A DNA stretch of 5,704 nt from Leidyana gryllorum EB-2025a (lineage: Eukaryota; Protista; Apicomplexa), in assembly GCA_048772705.1 (NCBI GenBank), contig JBLWGC010000122.1, forward strand, positions 1-5,704. The letters run 5' to 3'. The notes beneath the pieces are model-generated. The model was not told the origin of the DNA and ran no database searches. It saw only the letters and a list, made by a program, of their open reading frames with translations. How positions within the stretch are numbered: the first letter of the stretch is position 1; every line of letters starts with the position of its first letter. Below, in pieces: positions 1 to 5,704 of this stretch. Both the position numbers and the translations under genes were made by a program.

Positions 1-1
1 T

Positions 2-1573
2 GCGCGACTCCATGGCGATGGGGCGTTCGCCTTCGCTCGTGTGTTGCCCGAGGACGGCACCGATGCCGGTCTCCGACGCGTCACAGTCCACGATGAAGGG
101 CCGCGTGAAGTCCGGATAGCGGAGCATCACCTCCTTGGCCAAAGCCTCTTTCAGTGCCAGGAATGCCGACTCGTGCTTGGGGGTCCACTCCCACGCGACC
201 TTGGCGGTCAAGTCGTTGAGTGGGGCGGCGAGCTCGGCAAATCCGCGTATGAACCGGCGGTAATAGCCCGCGAGGCCCAAGAATGCGCGGACCTCCGTAG
301 GGGTGGTCGGTCTTGGAAACTTCGCGACTTTCTCCAGCTTCTTGGGGTCCGTGCTAATACCGGCACGGGACACGATGTGGCCGAGGAAAGCGATCTCAGT
401 CCGGGCGAAGTCGCACTTGGCGGCCTTGGCAAGGATGCCGGCGTTGGCCAGCCGTTGGAAGACGAGTGTAAGGTGGCGTAGGTGGTCCTCCCACGTCTTG
501 GAGAATATGAGGATATCGTCCAGGTAACAGACGGCGAAATCCCATAAAGTCCCTCCAAGGACCTCTTGCATCATGCGTTGGTATGTGGCAGGGGCGTTGC
601 ACAACCCAAACGGCATGACCATCCACTCGTATAGTCCCTCAGTGCAGATGAAGGCCGTCTTGGGAATATCCTCTGGGGCCATGGGGATCTGCCAGTATCC
701 CGAGGCTGCGTCTAGGGACGAGAACCACTGGGCTCCGCGCATAGCCTCCAACATGTCATCGACCCGTGGTAGGGGGTGTCGATCCTTCGTGGTAATGTCG
801 TTCAGGCGACGGTAATCCACGCAAAACCGGATCGTCCCATCCTTCTTCGGCACCAATGTGATGGGACTGGCCCACGGGGAGTTAGAAGGGCGGATGGCCT
901 TCTGCTGGAGCATCTCTGCGACCTGCTTTTGGACACACTCCCGATCAGCCGGACTGGTCCGTCGCAGGGGTAGGCTGATGGGGCGCGCTAAACCGGTGTC
1001 AATCCGGTGTTCGTATCCCTCCGCGCGGCCAAAGGGTCTTTCCGGTGAGGCGAAGTACTCCGGCTTGCAAACCTCGCGGATCTGAGCCACCTGCCGTTCC
1101 GTCAGTCCCTTGGGCAGCTGTAGCTCCAGTGCTACCGCGAGGGTAGGTGGACTCCGTCCAACGAGCGGTAACCGAGTAGATTCGGCTACGGTCACCAGCC
1201 CCCTATGGATGTCCGTCACCAGCTGGTATTTCCCTTGGAAGTCGGTACCAAGTATGGCGTCGGCCACTGACCCCGGTAGGATGTGGAAGCGGTAAGTGTC
1301 CTCCACCGGTCCCAGGGCGAAGGTAGTGGTGGTGGTGTCGGCGATAGTGGTGGTGGCGCCTCCTGCGGCTAATTTCACCCGCAGTGGCTCGCCTGGTACC
1401 CTCGGCAGCTGGAGCTGGGTCGCAAGGGTCTCGGAAACGTAAGTATTGGTCGACCCTGTGTCAACCAGGGCTTCCACGATACGGTCTTGGATCCGTAGCG
1501 GGACAGTTGGTAAGGTCGACGGGAGGGCAGCCAGGACTATTGGGGTGTCGCTGGTGGGTCGGCCCTCCGAAAA
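2..1573 (-). CDS. pol: Pol polyprotein (aspartic protease, reverse transcriptase, N-terminal part of RNase H), 3'-partial, probably made as a Gag-Pol fusion by -1 frameshift
   Basis: Manual translation is stop-free from 1591 to the window edge. Protease: ALVDTGSTNTYVS (DTG 1454-1462) and AILGTDF. RT: SPWASPITLVPKKDGTIRFCVDYRRLN, LDAASGYWQI, MPFGLCNAPATYQ, YLDD (515-526), FLGH, FLGLAGYYRRFI. RNase H: PDFTRPFIVDCDASETGIGAVLGQ (catalytic Asp 80-82). No in-frame ATG upstream of the protease. Confidence 0.96.
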
Positions 1574-1576
1574 GGG
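1517..1576 (-). promoter_or_regulatory. Programmed -1 ribosomal frameshift signal (slippery heptamer C-CCU-UUU plus downstream stem/pseudoknot)
   Basis: X XXY YYZ heptamer at 1576-1570, correctly phased in the gag frame and inside the short gag/pol overlap (1537-1591). Downstream GGAGGGC (1568-1562) is complementary to GCCCUCC (1528-1522). CCAG/CUGG and CGAC/GUCG pairings are also possible. Confidence 0.85.
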
Positions 1577-2730
1577 GGTCGGCGGCGTGGCTCAGCCGGT
1601 CCGGAGGCCTCCCCCGCCTTGTTCTTGGCGCGACAGGCCCTCTCGAAGTGGTTCTTTTTCCCACAGAACCGACACTCCTTTCCCGCCGCGGGGCACCGGT
1701 CTCCTCCCTCACACGTGTAACCGCAGCCGTTACATCGTGTATTTCCCCCATTAGGCTTGGTTGACCGGCCCTGGCGGTTGATCTGGGCCCTTGGTCTCCC
1801 CCGATTCCCGTTACTCGGCACCATCGCGCAAACGACCCGTTCCGCAGCAGCAGCGGCTATGGCGGCCACCGTCTGCTCCCATCCTTGACCCGTGCCTGGC
1901 TCTTGTGGACTTGGTCTAGGTGCGGTCTCGATGGGGGCCTTCGTCTGAATTTGTGACACTGCCAAGACAGAGTCCTTAGCAGTCTCGGCTGGCGCGTAGT
2001 CGTATAGATATGCCAGTGGGTCGGTGGTGGCCAGTGCGGCCCGATGGTGGCGTAAGAGTTCCAATGTAACGGACTCCGGGAACGCCAGAACGAACGGGTA
2101 GACCAGCTGACTCCGCCTCAACTCCGGCGCATTGATCCCTTCTTGATCTCGGGCGGCTCGGTTATACAGCTCCTGTAGGTCGTACAGCTGGTTCCGTACT
2201 GCCTCCCGAGTGTTCCCCTTGACTTGATGGATCTTGGCCCAGTAATAGCCAAGCGGGTCGAGGGGTCCGTACTCCTTCAACACGCTTCTGCGGAGCTGGG
2301 CGTAGGTCAGCTCCGGGTCCAGCAAGAAGCGGCTCTTCAACTCCTGCTTGACTTTCTCACACTGGGCGAAGATGGCCACCCAGCTATCCTCCCTCACGTT
2401 GTACGCCCGGGCCCTCTGCTCGAATTGGATGAACCACCGGTCGATAGACGCGGCCTTGGCGGTATCCAGGTCGTCGAAGTCCTGCCACTTGATGCTGGGC
2501 AGGCGCTTCTCTTGTGGGGTGTAGACTGGCGCCGGGGTCGCCGGGGGCATCACGTTCTCCATGAAGGCACGGAATAGATCCAGCGTGAGGGGCATTTGAC
2601 CAATGTCGGCCACAGTGGGGGTCCGTGCTTGAGGAGTTGGTGTTGTAGTGGTGGGGCGGTGTTGGCGACCGGCTTGTTCGGTGGACTCCTCCGGCTCGTC
2701 GTCGGCTGGGCGGTGCGGTACGTTCTCCAT
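1537..2730 (-). CDS. gag: Gag (capsid-like region plus nucleocapsid with two zinc knuckles), 397 aa
   Basis: 397-aa ORF immediately upstream of pol, start context ACAATGG. Capsid-like segment IDRWFIQFEQRARAY. C-terminal CNGCGYTCEGGDRC-PAAGKE-CRFCGKKNHFERAC, whose second knuckle is a canonical CX2CX4HX4C. Confidence 0.92.
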   Translation of the reverse strand: MENVPHRPADDEPEESTEQAGRQHRPTTTTPTPQARTPTVADIGQMPLTLDLFRAFMENVMPPATPAPVYTPQEKRLPSIKWQDFDDLDTAKAASIDRWFIQFEQRARAYNVREDSWVAIFAQCEKVKQELKSRFLLDPELTYAQLRRSVLKEYGPLDPLGYYWAKIHQVKGNTREAVRNQLYDLQELYNRAARDQEGINAPELRRSQLVYPFVLAFPESVTLELLRHHRAALATTDPLAYLYDYAPAETAKDSVLAVSQIQTKAPIETAPRPSPQEPGTGQGWEQTVAAIAAAAAERVVCAMVPSNGNRGRPRAQINRQGRSTKPNGGNTRCNGCGYTCEGGDRCPAAGKECRFCGKKNHFERACRAKNKAGEASGPAEPRRRPPFRRADPPATPQ

Positions 2731-4430
2731 TGTTCGCTTGGAAGCTTCGCGGTTGCCACGTTGGTATACTTCTCAAGTTTCGACTTGACTTCGCCAAAAA
2801 CAGTAAGACTTTTTGGTGCGTTGGTCCCGTCGTGTGACCGTCCGTGTCTCCGACTTGATGTCTCTCACTCCCCCTCTGGCGGCGGTGAGTGGCGGTCACC
2901 AGGCGTGGAGTCACTTGTCTCGATCAACGCTCCTTGGCTTGTCTTCACACCAAGTCGGCTCGTCTTGATCGGCGATCTTCGACTCCCCTTGCGCTCCGGA
3001 TTCGTGGGCCTCTCCTGTCTATACTGCCTCCGAACGGACTTCAGGCCACCTCCCTTGCTCAGAATGGTACCGAGAAAGGAGGCGGCCGAAGCGTGGAGTT
3101 TAAACACCGAGTGAACCGACAGCCCAGTGTACATGCAACGAAAAAGGGCTTCTGGTTTTTGCGGGTGTCACTAGACAGGGGGTGTGAGCCCTGCTAGTGG
3201 TGGCGCACCGTGTAGTGGTGGCTCTTTCAACTTAACAGTTTAGACACGGAGATGTTGAGTCTCACGTGTGGAGTGCAACCTGGCTCAACCCGGAGGAAGT
3301 GCCCTATGAGTTCTCGACCCCCGCCCAGAGATGGGGGTCCTTTTTGTGTTACTTGTATAGCGCTGCCCGAACCTCCTCCTAACCAGAACGGAAAGTAGTG
3401 AGAAAGCCCGGTTCCACCCAGGGGCGTGGCCTGGGTCACTGATCTAACCAACTAGCCACGCAAAAATGGCATAGTCTGGCCCCTAGTCCCCCGTATAAGA
3501 GTGCGATCAGATTTACTCGGCAAGCAGCGCTACCAAAGGCAACCACGGCAGTGACGGGGGACACTACCGTTTGATGAGACATCACCTGACACAGCCGTCA
3601 CCTTGCCCGGTATCGACGCTTACGCTAAATCACAACTTGGTAACGTGCCATGTGGAAGCATCCACGGTTAACCGAAGATGGGTGGCGTGAAGCGTTACAC
3701 GAAGTGAAATGTCGCGAGCTCCACCGGTGTGAAGCAGAAAGCCGACTCCGACCAATGAGGCGGATTCAACTTCACGTGCGAAAGAAGAAAAGAGGCAACC
3801 GAGCAACCAAAGCCAATGGAAGTGCCCAAACCCCGGCCTAACGGAGTCACACGGGCAGCATTCCGTCATGCGGGTTCACACAACACACTCGGATTGGCCG
3901 GTCCTTATGTGCTGGTTACTGCCTGTATCATGCGGCTTTACTCCTCTCCGTTTAAAAGAGGGAGGGTTTGTGGTATAACACCACCATACTCCACCTTCGG
4001 TAGTTCCGTGTCTACCCCGTTGGTGGTCCGAAATCCTACCAAGTCAAGCTTGTGTAGGGTCTGTCTGCCAGGTCAGGCCTGTGCGGACATTCCACTTTGG
4101 TTGTCAGGCGGGGTGGTAACCGCCGGTGCGCCGGGCCGAGTAGATGTTTGGGTTGGGTCCGCGTGTATAGTGTCACACGAACCCTTCCCGCGACTCCGTA
4201 AACTAAAATAAAAGTAGAGTCGGGTGCAGTGGTGGTGTGCTGCGACCCTTCTCTGTGCTCCGTAGGTCACACGGGTTGGCGCGCGTTGGCGTGCAGCAGC
4301 CTCCCCGCGTGAGATGACTTGTCTTCACAGGGAGTGCCCAGGTGGGGCAGCTACCCTTTCTTCCCTCTTGGTCTGCCAGCCATTCCTCAGGCGGAGGTCT
4401 GGTCGGCGTCTTCATCGTTTGAGAGCACGG
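2731..4430 (-). other. Long internal 5' leader of the retrotransposon (about 1.7 kb)
   Basis: Lies between the PBS and the gag ATG. Contains only short ORFs with no recognisable domains and several hairpins. Confidence 0.65.
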
Positions 4431-4441
4431 CCGAGGCACCA
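4431..4441 (-). promoter_or_regulatory. Primer binding site (TGGTGCCTCGG)
   Basis: Begins TGG two nt inside the LTR end (...ATAACA CG TGGTGCCTCGG). Complementary to a tRNA ending ...CCGAGGCA-CCA. Flanked by an inverted repeat. Confidence 0.75.
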
Positions 4442-4972
4442 CGTGTTATTTGCCGTGCTCCCACTCTCCAGAACGATGGCTTGTCGTCCGAACCCTTCGT
4501 CCCGGGTATTCTGGAGGGCATAGTTGGAAGAAATATTTCATGCATTGCGGACGAGCCGCACACGGAAAAGACAACACGAGGACTAGCTGAGTCTTCCGGG
4601 GAAAAGACTTCTTGTATCCTGTTGTTGTAGAACTCTGACCGTCGCTCCTGTGTCCGTGTCCTCTCGCCGTCCGCTGCGACTCTACGCTGGCGTCGTCCAG
4701 CCTAGGGCTGTCCAACTGAGTAGTAGCTGTAGCCGTAGCGTCGAGCCAAAACCCAATACCAGCTAGAGTCCGGACCGTAGTCGGGTCGTCGAGGCGCACG
4801 TCCTGAGGGCGAGGTAGAGTACGCCGGGAGGTGACTGTAGAGGCCAAGGGTCGTAGTCGGGACGGTAGCGTGTGGTAGCGGGCGTGTGTGTAGGTCGTAG
4901 TAGGGCACGGGCGTGGTAGTGGGAGCAGGGATTCCGTAGGTGATAGGTCGTCCCCCTTTTCAGAGGTACTCC

Positions 4973-4980
4973 CTATATAA
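4973..4980 (-). promoter_or_regulatory. Putative LTR TATA box (TTATATAG)
   Basis: Clearest TATA-like element in the LTR, about 280 nt from its 5' end, followed by a compositional shift to a C/A-rich tract. Confidence 0.5.
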
Positions 4981-5054
4981 GTGCCAAATATGTAGGGAAG
5001 TATCCAGATGGATGTTCATCCCACTGGCGGAATCACGTAGAGTCAGAATCCGGA

Positions 5055-5079
5055 ACCCGATAGTGAGGCACCCGATAGT
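5055..5079. repeat. Direct repeat ACCCGATAGT x2 in U3
   Basis: Exact copies at 5055-5064 and 5070-5079. Confidence 0.8.
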
Positions 5080-5177
5080 TATGGGACACACTCATAGGTT
5101 GAACGGGGACTCGGAGTCGAGCCTGCTGATCCACTCGCCCTACGACAGCACTACCACACTAAGCTTAGCTCTTCAGC

Positions 5178-5209
5178 TGATCAGTTCATGTTCTTGATCA
5201 GTTCATGTT
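5178..5209. repeat. Tandem repeat TGATCAGTTCATGTT x2 in U3
   Basis: Exact 15-mers at 5178-5192 and 5195-5209 (period 17). Confidence 0.9.
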
Positions 5210-5257
5210 GCTTGTGCTACCTTGAATCCGGTCGTACGCCCGACTGCGGATATAACA

Positions 5258-5309
5258 GGTATGGCCCCTCCTCAGGGTGGAGTCCTGGGTTCGATTCCCA
5301 GAACAGCCC
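5258..5309 (+). pseudogene. 5'-truncated, degenerate tRNA-Pro(AGG)
   Basis: Starts at the D-loop GG (GGTATG). Anticodon arm CTCC-TC AGG GT-GGAG, perfect T arm CTGGG-TTCGATT-CCCAG, acceptor 3' strand AACAGCC plus C. About the first 17 nt are missing, U33 is C, and about 4 nt are deleted at the anticodon-stem/variable-loop junction. Confidence 0.75.
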
Positions 5310-5449
5310 TCTTAGTCGTCGGTTGACCCGATCGGACAAGTTGCCCCAGAACCAACACAGCCACCTCGTTAGCCCACTTCGGTAGGGCAGTCAGCGCAAC
5401 TAACCTCTCGAGAATCGCATTTCGGCTACCTCTGACATGTTGCAGACTA

Positions 5450-5521
5450 AGCAGTGTAGCTCAGTGGAAGAGTGTTGGGCTCATAACCCAAAGGTCCGTC
5501 GATCGAAACGACGCACTGCTA
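5450..5521 (+). tRNA. tRNA-iMet(CAT), eukaryotic initiator
   Basis: Acceptor AGCAGTG/CACTGCT with A1:U72. Anticodon arm TTGGG-CT CAT AA-CCCAA with three G:C pairs. T loop ATCGAAA (A54, A60), the eukaryotic initiator hallmark. 72 nt. Confidence 0.97.
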
Positions 5522-5568
5522 AGTGTGCGCAGAAGGGAACAGTTGTAGGATAGATTGGCTCGTGAGCA

Positions 5569-5640
5569 AGCCTTCTGCCGGAATCGAACCGGCGACCTTT
5601 CGCTTACTAAGCGAATGCTCTGCCCCTAAGCTAAGAAGGC
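5569..5640 (-). tRNA. tRNA-Thr(AGT)
   Basis: GCCTTCTTAGCTTAGGGGCAGAGCATTCGCTTAGTAAGCGAAAGGTCGCCGGTTCGATTCCGGCAGAAGGCT folds into a full cloverleaf with anticodon arm TTCGC-TT AGT AA-GCGAA. 72 nt. Confidence 0.97.
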
Positions 5641-5704
5641 AATGCAAGCCGGGAATCACGCATCAGTCCCTATTTACGCAAGTTATCAGAGCACTTTGTA
5701 GAGG

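Larger units (their letters stand above)
1..5257 (-). mobile_element. Ty3/gypsy (Metaviridae) LTR retrotransposon, 5' portion, truncated by the left window edge
   Basis: Order on the minus strand is LTR, PBS, leader, gag, PR, RT, RNase H. RT follows protease directly with no integrase between them, which is not the copia order. RT motifs are gypsy-type. Confidence 0.96.
4444..5257 (-). repeat. 5' long terminal repeat (814 bp)
   Basis: 6-bp terminal inverted repeat TGTTAT (4444-4449) / ATAACA (5252-5257). PBS on the inner side and an abrupt switch to tRNA sequence on the outer side. Internal TATA box and short repeats. The second LTR is outside the window, so the boundaries are inferred. Confidence 0.8.

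Noticed and set aside
1534-1542. Stop-codon readthrough at the gag TAG as the route to Pol
   Set aside because: The protease and RT motifs are in the -1 frame, not the gag frame.
41-2577. Plus-strand ORFs and alternate-frame minus ORFs over gag/pol (e.g. 41-481, 208-558, 1384-1764, 2224-2577)
   Set aside because: Shadow ORFs of GC-rich gag/pol coding sequence with no motifs of their own.
2773-2796. tRNA-3'-end-like sequence TCAAGTTTCGACTTGACTTCGCCA as an alternative PBS or tRNA fragment
   Set aside because: Loop geometry is not a T arm, there is no rest of a cloverleaf, and no adjacent LTR terminus.
3565-3610. Hammerhead ribozyme suggested by TTGATGAG within nested stems
   Set aside because: Lacks the CUGANGA...GAAA core arrangement.
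3520-3655. Other PBS-like words (cgctacca near 3530; tggtaacgtgcca/tg near 3640-3652)
   Set aside because: Poor match to the local iMet 3' end, and no matching inverted terminus or U5-leader stem, unlike the site at 4441.
3183-4271. Nested plus-strand solo LTR (purine run then TGTGA at 3183, AATAAA at 4207, TCACA at 4271)
   Set aside because: The flanks (GGGGG vs CGGGT) give no target-site duplication and there is no other support. Not fully excluded without comparing copies.
5258-5309. tRNA-Sec/opal suppressor (TCA), tRNA-Leu(CAG), or a permuted tRNA
   Set aside because: Stem register centres AGG, there is no long variable arm, and no GGCTGTT 5' piece is found downstream on the + strand.
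3630-5385. Short ORFs in the leader, LTR and tRNA region (e.g. 3816-4211, 4446-4847, 4940-5197, 5188-5385)
   Set aside because: No recognisable domains, mostly non-ATG starts, and they overlap LTR or tRNA features.

Overview
Eukaryotic (protist-like) DNA. Positions 1-5257 are the 5' part of an apparently intact Ty3/gypsy LTR retrotransposon on the minus strand. It has an 814-bp 5' LTR (5257->4444, termini TGTTAT...ATAACA), a PBS held in a U5-leader hairpin, an unusually long ~1.7-kb structured leader, and gag (2730->1537, two zinc knuckles). Pol (protease, RT, start of RNase H) runs off the left edge and is reached by a predicted -1 ribosomal frameshift at C-CCU-UUU; the ORF track misses it. 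The outer LTR end directly abuts the 3' two-thirds of a degenerate tRNA-Pro(AGG), so the element appears to have inserted into the D-loop of a tRNA gene. That gene sits in a small cluster with intact, convergent tRNA-iMet(CAT) and tRNA-Thr(AGT) genes. All calls come from reading the sequence by hand; no searches were run.
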